Shown: in pieces, positions 27,464 through 36,010 of the stretch
Layout of the letters: every line of letters begins with the position of its first letter
Position numbering within the stretch: position 1 is the first letter of the stretch
Source of the DNA: Acidimicrobiales bacterium
GTDB taxonomy: Bacteria > Actinomycetota > Acidimicrobiia > Acidimicrobiales > Bog-793
DNA length: 64,000 bases
Reading direction: 5' to 3'
Assembly (NCBI GenBank): GCA_052148655.1
Contig: JBKQHU010000145.1
Location: 33,227-97,226 of the forward strand
Notes under the pieces: generated by a model
What the model was told of the DNA's origin: nothing
The model's database searches: none
The model's input: only the letters and a program-made list of their open reading frames with translations
Position numbers and translations under genes: made by a program

Positions 27464-28329
27464 GAGGGCACGCCTCCCTCGTCCCGCTCGCTGCGGCGTT
27501 GCAGGATGTGGCGGAAGTGCTCGGCGACCTCGGGGTCCTCGAGGCGGCGATAACCCTCGCTGTCGACCGTCGCGACCACGGGGTAGATCCCCCGGAGCGG
27601 GTCCGGACCACCCGTGGCGGTGTCCTCGTCGGCCGCCTCGTACAACGAGTTCACGGCAAGGTCCACCGCCTCGTCGCGTCCGAGCCGCTCCCGGAAGCTG
27701 AGCTTGACGGTGTTCTTGGCGTCTCGCCCACCGGACCCGGTGGCGTGGAAGTCCGTCTCCTCGAAACGGCCCCCGGTGACGTCGTAAGTGAAGATCCGCC
27801 CCTTTTTCAAGCGCAGGTCGTAGCCCGCGAACAGCGGTATGACGACAAGACCCTGCATGGCCATCTGCAGGTTGGCGCTGACCATCTGACCCAGCTGGTT
27901 CGCCTTGCCCTCGAGGCTCAAGGTGCTGCCTTCGACCTTCTCGTAGTGCTCGAGCTGGGTCTGGAACAGGCGCACCATCTCGACGGCCGCGCCCGCTGCA
28001 CCGGAGATGGCGACGGCCGAGTAGCGGTCGGCCGGGAAGACCTTCTCGATGCTGCGGTGGGCGATCATGTTGCCCTCGGTCGCGCGCCGGTCTCCCGCCA
28101 CCACGACGCCGTTGTCGTAGCGCAGCGCCACGATGGTGGTGCCGTGCACGACGGGGGGCAACGACGTCGGCACGAGTCCGGAAAGGTGGCGACCCGCCGT
28201 GGCGACCATGTCCGCCAGCGCGGCGGCGGGCGCTTGTACTTCTTCGTGGCGCGTGCGGCGCAGTAGCTCGACGAAACTCGGCCCCGGGTCGCTGCCCGAC
28301 GGAAACAGGGGCAGGCTCATATGCGCCAC
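27460..28329 (-). CDS. prcB: proteasome subunit beta (with propeptide)
   Basis: HG/TTIVAL processing site with catalytic Thr after a propeptide of about 63 aa. Confidence 0.92.
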   Translation of the reverse strand: MAHMSLPLFPSGSDPGPSFVELLRRTRHEEVQAPAAALADMVATAGRHLSGLVPTSLPPVVHGTTIVALRYDNGVVVAGDRRATEGNMIAHRSIEKVFPADRYSAVAISGAAGAAVEMVRLFQTQLEHYEKVEGSTLSLEGKANQLGQMVSANLQMAMQGLVVIPLFAGYDLRLKKGRIFTYDVTGGRFEETDFHATGSGGRDAKNTVKLSFRERLGRDEAVDLAVNSLYEAADEDTATGGPDPLRGIYPVVATVDSEGYRRLEDPEVAEHFRHILQRRSERDEGGVPS

Positions 28330-28351
28330 CTTTGTTGAAACGCGGCTGAGC

Positions 28352-28555
28352 TCACTCGCCGCCTTTTTGGACGTAGTTGCGGACGAACTCCTCGGCGTTG
28401 TTCTCGAGGACCTCGTCGATCTCGTCGAGCAGGTCGTCGATCTCGGCCTTCAGCTTGTCCCCGCGCTCGGTCGTCGCCGGCGCCTCGGTCTCGGTCTCGG
28501 CCGCCGCCGCTTCACGGCTCGCCGTCGGTCGCTTCTTCAGCTCGCGCTCTGCCAT
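28352..28555 (-). CDS. pup: prokaryotic ubiquitin-like protein Pup (C-terminal GGE)
   Basis: 67 aa, disordered and acidic. The C-terminal [27 protein letters not shown] is the canonical Pup. Confidence 0.9.
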   Translation of the reverse strand: MAERELKKRPTASREAAAAETETEAPATTERGDKLKAEIDDLLDEIDEVLENNAEEFVRNYVQKGGE

Positions 28556-28564
28556 CACCGTTCC

Positions 28565-30055
28565 TTATGAGCCCAACCGCCTGAGCAGCTCTGCTGGAGT
28601 ATTGCACCCCTCAAAGAGCGTATCGACATGGAGCGCAGTCCCCTTCAGCGGCTCCATCATCGGGACACGGCGTAGCGCGTCCTCCCCGATGTCGAACACG
28701 ATCGAGTCCCAGTTGGCGGCGACGATCGCCGGGGAGAACCGCTGCAGGCATCGGCCCCGGAAGTACGCCCGCGTGGTCACCGGCGGCTCGGTCATGGCCC
28801 GCACCACCTCGTCATCATCGGTGAGCCGTTCCATGGCGAGGCGGGCGAAGAGCGACTTCGCGGGCCGCAGGTCGTGATATTGGAGATCCAGCGCATAAAG
28901 CCGCGAGTCGCCCCAATCAAGGCTGTGACGCTCCCGGTACGCCTCGACAAGGCGCAGCTTTGCCACCCAGTCGAGCTGGTTCGCCAGGGACTGCGGATCG
29001 CTCTCGAGGCCCTGGAGCACGGCTTCCCAGCGGTCCAGCACCCGGCGGGCGACGTCGTCGTTGCCCAAAGCCTCGCTGCCGCGTTCGGCGGTGTACTTGC
29101 GGGCGAGGTCGTAGAGCTGCCACTGCAGCTCGAGGGCGCTCAGCTTGCCACCCGAGGCGAGCTCGACGGTCGTTCGCAGCGTCGTATCGCGCGAGACCGA
29201 CCGGATCGCAGCCACGGGCGCAGCCAACCTGAAGTCCCGGTTGGCCAGGAAGCCGTCCTCGATCATCGCCAGCACGAGGGCGGTCGTGCCCAGCTTGAGG
29301 AAAGTGGCTACCTCGGCGAGGTTGGCGTCACCGACTATCACGTGCAGCCGTCGGTACCTCTGCGGATCGGCATGGGGCTCGTCGCGGGTGTTGATGATCG
29401 GCCGCTTGAGCGTCGTCTCGAGGCCGACCTCCTCTTCGAAGAAGTCCGCACGCTGGCTCAGCTGGAATTCCGGCGTGTCACCACCATGGGAGACCTCCTC
29501 GCCGATCTTGCCTGCCCCGGTGAAGATCTGACGCGACACGAGGTGCGGGGTGAGCTCGTGGACAATCCTCGAGAACGGGAGGGCCCTGTCGAGCAGGTAG
29601 TTCTCGTGGCAGCCATAGGAGTTCCCCTTGCCGTCGGAGTTGTTCTTGTAGATGACGATCTCCTCGCCCGCAGGAAGCAGGCGATTGGCGGCCTCCATCG
29701 AGCGGCGCAGAACGAGCTCCCCGGCCCGGTCGTGGACGACGGCCTCGAGGGGGTTGGAGCATTCCGGCGTCGAGTACTCCGGATGAGCGTGGTCGACGTA
29801 GTAGCGGGCGCCGTTGGTGAGGACGGCGTTCACGAGGTGCGTCTCTACCTCTGGCGGCATCGAGCCCTCGCGGGCGAAGCCCCGGGCGTCACGCCCGGGC
29901 GACTCGTCCTCGAAGTCCCAGCCGACCTTGCGGTCGAGTTGCGCGACGTAGGCGTTGATCAAAAGCGAGGACGCCGTCGTCGGGCTGGGGTCCCCCGCGG
30001 TGTCCACATGGATCCCGTACTCGGTCTCGATCCCGCAGACCTTGGTTATCGCCAC
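28565..30055 (-). CDS. dop: depupylase/deamidase Dop
   Basis: VCGIETEYG N-terminus. PafA paralog located between arc and pup, as in other actinobacteria. Confidence 0.9.
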   Translation of the reverse strand: MAITKVCGIETEYGIHVDTAGDPSPTTASSLLINAYVAQLDRKVGWDFEDESPGRDARGFAREGSMPPEVETHLVNAVLTNGARYYVDHAHPEYSTPECSNPLEAVVHDRAGELVLRRSMEAANRLLPAGEEIVIYKNNSDGKGNSYGCHENYLLDRALPFSRIVHELTPHLVSRQIFTGAGKIGEEVSHGGDTPEFQLSQRADFFEEEVGLETTLKRPIINTRDEPHADPQRYRRLHVIVGDANLAEVATFLKLGTTALVLAMIEDGFLANRDFRLAAPVAAIRSVSRDTTLRTTVELASGGKLSALELQWQLYDLARKYTAERGSEALGNDDVARRVLDRWEAVLQGLESDPQSLANQLDWVAKLRLVEAYRERHSLDWGDSRLYALDLQYHDLRPAKSLFARLAMERLTDDDEVVRAMTEPPVTTRAYFRGRCLQRFSPAIVAANWDSIVFDIGEDALRRVPMMEPLKGTALHVDTLFEGCNTPAELLRRLGS

Positions 30056-30199
30056 TCTCGGACGCTACCGCACGGTCGCGCCCGGTCTGCAGCACCGTCG
30101 CCGGTGTGCCCATCGCCCGAGCGCGCCAAACCGCGACGTGGCCCACAGCTGGCCGGCTGGATACCTTCAGAGCCAGGTCCGCAGCGCCGGTCGCGAAGC

Positions 30200-31960
30200 T
30201 CAGAGATACTGCCCGGTCCCGACCCTCTCGATGGCACGCCCGCCGCGCTCTTCTCCGCCCTGGCCCACCAGGGTGCGGATGTAGACGATCCGCTCGCCCT
30301 TCTTGCCTGAGATCTTCGCCCAGTCGTCGGGGTTCGTGGTGTTGGGCAGGTCTTCGCTCTCTTTGTATTCCTGTCTGATCGACTCGATCATGTCTGCCAG
30401 CCGGATGCCGTGGCCCTCCCCGGCGATCTCCCTTTTGATGGCGAGCTTCTTGGCGCGCCGGACGATGTTCTCGATCATCGCCCCGGAGGAGAAGTCCTTG
30501 AAATACAGCGTCTCTTTGTCCCCGTTCTGGTATGTGACCTCCAAGAACCGGTTCTCGTCGTCGGCCCGGTACATCTCTTGGACCGTCTCCTCGATCATCA
30601 CGGCGACGGCCTTGTCAGGATCGCCGCCACCGAGCACGGCCACATCGGTCCGGTCGAGCGGCAGGCTGTTGATCAGGTAACGGGAGAAGACCTGCTGGGC
30701 CGCGCTCTCATCGGGCCGCTCGATCTTTATCTTCACGTCAAGGCGCCCCGGGCGCAGTATCGCCGGGTCGATCAGGTCCTCGCGGTTGGAGGCCCCGATC
30801 ACGATCACGTTGCGAAGCGCCTCGACCCCGTCGATCTCCGCTAGGAGCTGCGGCACGACCGTGGACTCCATGTCGGAGGAGATGCCACTGCCACGGGTGC
30901 GAAAGAGCGAGTCCATCTCGTCGAAAAAGACGATGACCGGCACCCCTTCTTCCGCCTTCTCCCTCGCACGCTGGAACACGAGCCTGATCTGGCGCTCGGT
31001 CTCGCCCACGTACTTGTTCAGCAACTCGGGGCCCTTGATGTTGAGGAAGTAGCTCGTGACGCGCGAGTTGCCGGTCTGCTCGGCGACCTTTTTGGCCAGC
31101 GAGTTCGCCACTGCCTTCGCGATCAGGGTCTTCCCGCAGCCGGGAGGGCCGTAGAGCAGGATTCCCTTCGGCGCCTGCAGGCGGTACTCCGCGAACAGCT
31201 CCCGATGCAGGTAGGGCAGCTCCACCGCATCGGTGATGGCCTCGATCTGGCTGTCGAGGCCGCCGATATCGCCGTAGGTGACGTCCGGCACCTCCTCGAG
31301 CACGACCTCCTCGAGCTCGGGGCGGGGCAACTTCTCATAGAGCAGCATCGTGCGCGGGTCCAACAGCAGCGAGTCACCGGCGCGCAGCTTGACGCCGGAA
31401 AGGTACTCGGAGATCTCTGCCACCTGCTCCTCGTCGGCCCTCCCGACGATCAGCACGCGGCGCCCGTCCTCGAGCACCTCCAGCACCGAGACGACCTCGC
31501 CGCCCAGCTCGGGGTCGCGCGCCAGCACGACGTTGAGGGACTCGTTGAGGACGACCTCTTGTCCCTTGCGCAGTGCCTCGGCATCGAGTCCGGGGTGGAT
31601 CGCGACCCGCATCTTGCGACCGCTCGAGATGACGTCGGCGGTCCCGTCGTCATTCCCGCTCAAGTACGTGCCGTAGGCCGAGGGAGGCTGGGTGAGCTTG
31701 TCCACCTCCTCACGCAAAGCGGCGATGTGCTCTTTCGCCTGCTGGAGCGTAAAGGTCAGCTTCTCGTTCTGGGAGACCGCGTGGGCGAGCTGCCCCTTTG
31801 TCTCGAGCAACCTCTCCTCGAGCGTGCGCACCCTCCCGGGGGCTTCCTGCAGCCGCCGGCGCAGCTCGGTGATCTCGTCCTCGGCCTGCTCGGCCCGGCG
31901 GTGCAGCTCCTCCAGATCGTCCTCGTCTGCGGGGAACCCGTCCTCTCCACCACTTTCCAT
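30200..31960 (-). CDS. arc: proteasome-associated AAA ATPase ARC/Mpa
   Basis: N-terminal coiled coil, OB region, Walker A GPPGCGKT, Walker B FFDEMD and C-terminal GQYL docking motif. ATG at 31960 has GAGGAGG upstream. The track start at 32041 lacks an SD. Confidence 0.9.
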   Translation of the reverse strand: MESGGEDGFPADEDDLEELHRRAEQAEDEITELRRRLQEAPGRVRTLEERLLETKGQLAHAVSQNEKLTFTLQQAKEHIAALREEVDKLTQPPSAYGTYLSGNDDGTADVISSGRKMRVAIHPGLDAEALRKGQEVVLNESLNVVLARDPELGGEVVSVLEVLEDGRRVLIVGRADEEQVAEISEYLSGVKLRAGDSLLLDPRTMLLYEKLPRPELEEVVLEEVPDVTYGDIGGLDSQIEAITDAVELPYLHRELFAEYRLQAPKGILLYGPPGCGKTLIAKAVANSLAKKVAEQTGNSRVTSYFLNIKGPELLNKYVGETERQIRLVFQRAREKAEEGVPVIVFFDEMDSLFRTRGSGISSDMESTVVPQLLAEIDGVEALRNVIVIGASNREDLIDPAILRPGRLDVKIKIERPDESAAQQVFSRYLINSLPLDRTDVAVLGGGDPDKAVAVMIEETVQEMYRADDENRFLEVTYQNGDKETLYFKDFSSGAMIENIVRRAKKLAIKREIAGEGHGIRLADMIESIRQEYKESEDLPNTTNPDDWAKISGKKGERIVYIRTLVGQGGEERGGRAIERVGTGQYL

Positions 31961-32166
31961 CGGCGTCACCACCTCCTCGAACGGCGCGTTCTTCGCCCCC
32001 CGTCGGGACCCTACACCGGTGCCGGGTGAGTTTGACACCATACGGGCGCGTCGTTACGTTGCGCCACGTGAGGCGGCGGTGACCGTAAGCTTCACGCGAG
32101 ACGAGGGAGCGGCCGTGACTTGTTGTGGTCGAAGGCGGCAAAACGCTCCGGGGAGATGAGTAGCTG

Positions 32167-32403
32167 ATGAAGGTGTGGATCGACCAGGACCTCTGCACGG
32201 GAGATGGCCTCTGCGAGGAGATCTGTCCCGCCGTGTTCACTCTCCTCGATGACGGTCTGGCCTACGTCAAGCAGGGCGATGCCGTCCTCAACGAGCCCGG
32301 TGGCTCCTCACAGATGGCGAGTGTCGCCTCCGAGCTGGAAGACGCCGTCACCGAGGCCGCCGAAGAGTGCCCCGGAGAGTGCATCTTCATCGTCACCGAG
32401 TAG
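32167..32403 (+). CDS. small single-cluster ferredoxin
   Basis: The pattern CTGDGLCEEICP ... ECPGECI is typical of actinobacterial 3Fe-4S/4Fe-4S ferredoxins. Confidence 0.85.
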   Translation: MKVWIDQDLCTGDGLCEEICPAVFTLLDDGLAYVKQGDAVLNEPGGSSQMASVASELEDAVTEAAEECPGECIFIVTE

Positions 32404-32432
32404 CAGGCGGGCAGCCGCTTTCCGCCCGCCTG
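32404..32432. terminator. bidirectional hairpin between ferredoxin and trmI
   Basis: CAGGCGGG (32404-32411) pairs with CCCGCCTG (32425-32432), starting 1 nt after the ferredoxin stop. Confidence 0.45.
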
Positions 32433-32450
32433 ACGCCGCGCGGTGGCCGC

Positions 32451-33263
32451 TCAGCGGACCAGCAGGCGGGCGGAGGTTATGAAGCCGGTGTGTGCCACCA
32501 TCCGGTGGTCGGGCCGCACCGAGCGCCCTTCGATGTGCCAGGTGCGCCGCATGATCTCGAAGGTTTCCGCCATGGCGAACCCGCTGTGCTCCAACGCGGC
32601 GCGCAACTCCGCCGTCTGGTTGATGCCCGGTAGGTAAGCCAAGAAGATCCCGCCGGGTTGAAGCGCCCTTTGCGCGTGCGCCACCACCTGCCACGGCTCG
32701 GCCAAGTCGAGCACGACGCGGTCGAGGCCTTCGGCGTCGATGCCGAGGTAGACGTCGCGCTCGAGCACCGAGTACGGCTGGTCCGGGCCGAGGAAGGCCT
32801 CCACGTTCGCTCTTGCCCGCTCGGCGAAGTCCGCCCTCAGCTCGTAGCCGGTGATGACGGCGCCCGCGCGCAACATCGCCATCGAGAGCGCGCCCGAGCC
32901 GACTCCGGCTTCAAGCACCCTGGCCCCCGGGAAGATGTCCGCCGCCATGAGGATGGCGCCGAGGTCCTTCGGGTAGATCACCTGGGCGCCCCGCGGCATC
33001 CCGACGACGACGTCGGCGAGGGTGGGGCGCAGCACCAGATACCGGGCCGAGGATGTGACCCGGCCGTCACGTTGGTGCGCCTCGACCTCCTCGCCTTCGC
33101 GTCGGCCGATCACACTGTCGTGCTCGACGACGCCGGCATGCGACTGGAACGAGCGGCCCGGCTGCAGCGTGACGAGATAGCGGCGGTCCTTCCGGTCGAT
33201 CAACATGACCCGCTCGCCGGCTGCGAGCGGCCGGCCCCGCACCGGCGACGCCCCGGCGCTCAC
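32451..33263 (-). CDS. trmI: tRNA (adenine58-N1)-methyltransferase TrmI
   Basis: SAM motif VLEAGVGSGALS and N-terminal beta domain. Synteny next to arc as for Rv2118c. Confidence 0.85.
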   Translation of the reverse strand: MSAGASPVRGRPLAAGERVMLIDRKDRRYLVTLQPGRSFQSHAGVVEHDSVIGRREGEEVEAHQRDGRVTSSARYLVLRPTLADVVVGMPRGAQVIYPKDLGAILMAADIFPGARVLEAGVGSGALSMAMLRAGAVITGYELRADFAERARANVEAFLGPDQPYSVLERDVYLGIDAEGLDRVVLDLAEPWQVVAHAQRALQPGGIFLAYLPGINQTAELRAALEHSGFAMAETFEIMRRTWHIEGRSVRPDHRMVAHTGFITSARLLVR

Positions 33264-33718
33264 GCCGGCTCCTTCATGTCCCCTTCCGGACGACGGCCAA
33301 CGGACCCGTCAGCGGGGCCGGGTCGCCGGCCCGCCTTCGAGCGTGCCTGGGCCCGTGCCCTCTTGGCCTCCTTCTCGGCTTGTGCCTGGGCTGCTTTGTT
33401 CATGGCGCGGGCGTAGCGCCGGCTCGCCTCGCGTTTGGCCTGCGCTCTCGCCCTGGCCTGCTCGAGCTTGGCCGCCTTGGAAGCGGCCTTGCGCCTCGCC
33501 CGCCTCGAGCGCGCAGGAGCCGGGACGTGACTGACGACAACCGACTCACCGAGGCGGAGCTGTTCGACGCTCACCATGGGAGAGGGCCTTCGGGCGAGGA
33601 ATCGCAAGAGCCAGGCGATGGCCCCGATCGAGAGCCACAGGTTGCTCCCCTCGATCAGGCCCGACCGGATGCCACGCCTTATGAGCTGGCGCGCCCAGCG
33701 GTCGAGATAGCTACCCAC
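33260..33718 (-). CDS. hypothetical protein with hydrophobic N-terminal segment and K/R/A-rich tail
   Basis: 4-nt overlap with the trmI start. LWLSIGAIAWLLRFLA segment, then a highly basic alanine-rich helix. Confidence 0.5.
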   Translation of the reverse strand: MGSYLDRWARQLIRRGIRSGLIEGSNLWLSIGAIAWLLRFLARRPSPMVSVEQLRLGESVVVSHVPAPARSRRARRKAASKAAKLEQARARAQAKREASRRYARAMNKAAQAQAEKEAKRARAQARSKAGRRPGPADGSVGRRPEGDMKEPA

Positions 33719-33745
33719 GCCAGCCCCTGTCCCAGCCGCGCACGG

Positions 33746-33994
33746 TCACACGCGACGGATCTCGAGCACCGAAGCCCGCCGGGCGCCGCGGCGGCGGCCG
33801 AGCAAGTAGACGGCCGCCACGGCGATCACCCCGGCTGCCACCATGGCGCCGATCGCGGGCGGCGCCGCGTCGGCCGCCAAGGACTGCGCGTTCGTGCCGA
33901 GCTCACGAAGCTTCTGCTCCACGTCGGACAGCTTCACGCGTCCCGGTTCTTCGCTCGCCAACAGCAACTGTCGGACCAGCCGGATCCTCATCAC
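33746..33994 (-). CDS. small single-pass membrane protein
   Basis: 82 aa with TM segment AIGAMVAAGVIAVAAVYLLG followed by RRRGARR. Confidence 0.45.
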   Translation of the reverse strand: MMRIRLVRQLLLASEEPGRVKLSDVEQKLRELGTNAQSLAADAAPPAIGAMVAAGVIAVAAVYLLGRRRGARRASVLEIRRV

Positions 33995-34018
33995 CCTGCC
34001 TCCGATCGCTTCATACTC

Positions 34019-34405
34019 CTACCCTCTTTTCGCCGCGGCCCTGCCGCGAGAGCGCAGGAGCGCGAACCCGAAGCCGCCCACCACGACCAGCCCGAGGATC
34101 GCGGTGATCGGGTACGGCACCCACGACCAGGTGCCGGCAAAGGCCCTGCCCGTCTCGGTCTGGAGCACCCGGAGCACCCCGAGCAGCAGCAGAACGGTAC
34201 CCAGGCCCAGCAATGTCGCCGCCGCCCCCCCGAACAGCAGGGTCCGCCCGACCGTGCGGATGGGCGTGATCGTCTCCTGGATCACGTATCGACGGAGAAG
34301 GTCGAAGAGCTCGGCTCCCTCTTCCCGCGGACTGGCGTGCTTGCCGTCACCTTTTCCCGACATGAAACCGCAGGTTATCGGTCCGGCCGACGAACCGCTA
34401 GCCAT
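34019..34405 (-). CDS. two-TM membrane protein (Holin-X / DUF1469-like topology)
   Basis: Two hydrophobic helices (LLFGGAAATLLGLGTVLLLLGVL and ITAILGLVVVGGFGFALL). The family call rests on topology only. Alternative start at M15. Confidence 0.45.
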   Translation of the reverse strand: MASGSSAGPITCGFMSGKGDGKHASPREEGAELFDLLRRYVIQETITPIRTVGRTLLFGGAAATLLGLGTVLLLLGVLRVLQTETGRAFAGTWSWVPYPITAILGLVVVGGFGFALLRSRGRAAAKRG

Positions 34406-34489
34406 TGCGCCTGAGGCGCGGATCTGTCTGTCCCACTGCAGCGACCGCGCTGTGCCCGCCTGGCTCCGGCCCGGGGGCGCAGGCCCGGC

Positions 34490-35170
34490 TCAGGGCTCGA
34501 GGGCGGCGCGGAAGAACTCGCGCAGGTGCGCCAGCCGCCGGTCGAGCTCGGGCTGTCCCAAGGGCTCGGTCCCGAGCAGGGCCTCGAGGAAAGGAACGTC
34601 GCTGAAATAAGTGAGCAGCGCCCCGTAGCCGGTCAGAACGAGCTGCTGCGCGTCATGGGATCGGAACCGGCCGGCGGACATCTCACGCTCGAAGAAGCTG
34701 ACCGCTCGCTCCAGCATGGGGCGGAGGGCGACGCCGAGCTCCCGGGCCACGCGCCCGCCACCTTCGAGCGCCTCTCGCCGGACGAGGCGCACGAATTCAG
34801 GGCTCTCGGCGAAGAACCGGAAGCCGGTCGTGAGCACCCGGTCGACTTGCTCCCAGCCGTCTCGCGGCCTGTCGATCGCCTCGCCGACGCGCGCGAGCCA
34901 GTCCGAGAAGGAAGCCTCCACCACCTCGCGATAGAGCGCGTCCTTGGAGGCGAAGTGATGCAAGAGGCTCGGACGGCGGATGCCCACGAGCTGCGAGATG
35001 TCGTTGAGGGAGGTCCCTTCGAAGCCGTGTTCGGCGAAGCACCAGAGCGCGGCGTCGAGGATCGCCTGGCGCGTCGGGACACCGGGCTGCCGGGCCAGGT
35101 GCGGCGGGAGAACGCTCGTGGACTTGTGCCGCCCGGTCTCGCCCGCGGCCGGATCACGTGGGCTCGACAT
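34490..35170 (-). CDS. TetR family transcriptional regulator
   Basis: The N-terminal [47 protein letters not shown] is classic TetR_N. Confidence 0.85.
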   Translation of the reverse strand: MSSPRDPAAGETGRHKSTSVLPPHLARQPGVPTRQAILDAALWCFAEHGFEGTSLNDISQLVGIRRPSLLHHFASKDALYREVVEASFSDWLARVGEAIDRPRDGWEQVDRVLTTGFRFFAESPEFVRLVRREALEGGGRVARELGVALRPMLERAVSFFEREMSAGRFRSHDAQQLVLTGYGALLTYFSDVPFLEALLGTEPLGQPELDRRLAHLREFFRAALEP

Positions 35171-35181
35171 TCTTGAAGCCT

Positions 35182-35199
35182 ACCTACCAGACGGTAGGT
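35182..35199. promoter_or_regulatory. candidate TetR operator (perfect 7-4-7 inverted repeat)
   Basis: ACCTACC-agac-GGTAGGT lies in the 50-bp divergent intergenic region. It is nested inside an outer inverted repeat, CTTGAAG (35172-35178) / CTTCAAG (35213-35219). Confidence 0.45.
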
Positions 35200-35220
35200 C
35201 GCCGCTGATACCCTTCAAGC

Positions 35221-35973
35221 GTGCCGGGACCTCTCCTCGCTGTCATCGTGGGGCTGGCGCTCAGCCAGCTCGCGCTCTTCTGCACGACCATCTACCTGCA
35301 CCGGGCGCTGTCGCACCGGGCGATCGCTCTTCGCCCGTCTGTCCGGGCCGTGTTTCGCGTGCTGATCTGGCTCATGACGGGCATCCGGCCCCGCCAGTGG
35401 GTCGCCGTCCACCGCCGCCACCACGCCTTCACCGACGTCCCGGGCGACCCGCACTCCCCCGTTCTGCTCGGGTTCTGGCGGGTGCAGCTGACCAACGCCG
35501 CCCTCTACCGCAAGGTCGCTCGGGACGGTCAGACGACCGAGCGCTATGCCAAGGACCTCCCCGCGGACCGTTGGGACAAGCTCTTGTTCGATCACGCCTT
35601 CATCGGCCTCGGCATCGGCATCGCCGGGCTGTGCCTCGCGCTCGGCTGGCGCATCGGTCTCCTGGCCGCCGCCGTGCACGCCCTGAGCTACCTGGCGCTC
35701 AACGCCGCCATCAACGCCGTCGGCCACAGCTTCGGGACCAAGAGCTACCCGAACACAGCCTTCAACAACCAGTGGCTCGCCTTTGTGACCGGCGGGGAGG
35801 GCTTGCACAACAACCATCACGCCGCGCCGACCTCCGCGAACCTGGCACTCGGCCGGCACGAGATCGACCCCGCCTGGTGGGTGATCCGGCTCATGGCGCG
35901 AGCGCGGATGGCGACCGTGCGCCTCAGCGAGACCCGCTTGGTGAAGGCCTCGTCACCGTCGCCGATCAGCTGA
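35221..35973 (+). CDS. membrane fatty-acid (acyl-CoA/lipid delta-9 type) desaturase
   Basis: Three His boxes, HRALSH, HRRHH and HNNHH, in the order typical of the stearoyl-CoA desaturase family. Confidence 0.8.
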   Translation: MPGPLLAVIVGLALSQLALFCTTIYLHRALSHRAIALRPSVRAVFRVLIWLMTGIRPRQWVAVHRRHHAFTDVPGDPHSPVLLGFWRVQLTNAALYRKVARDGQTTERYAKDLPADRWDKLLFDHAFIGLGIGIAGLCLALGWRIGLLAAAVHALSYLALNAAINAVGHSFGTKSYPNTAFNNQWLAFVTGGEGLHNNHHAAPTSANLALGRHEIDPAWWVIRLMARARMATVRLSETRLVKASSPSPIS

Positions 35974-36010
35974 CCCCACGGCCCGCCCGCCGTGCATAGT
36001 CTTAGGGTCA

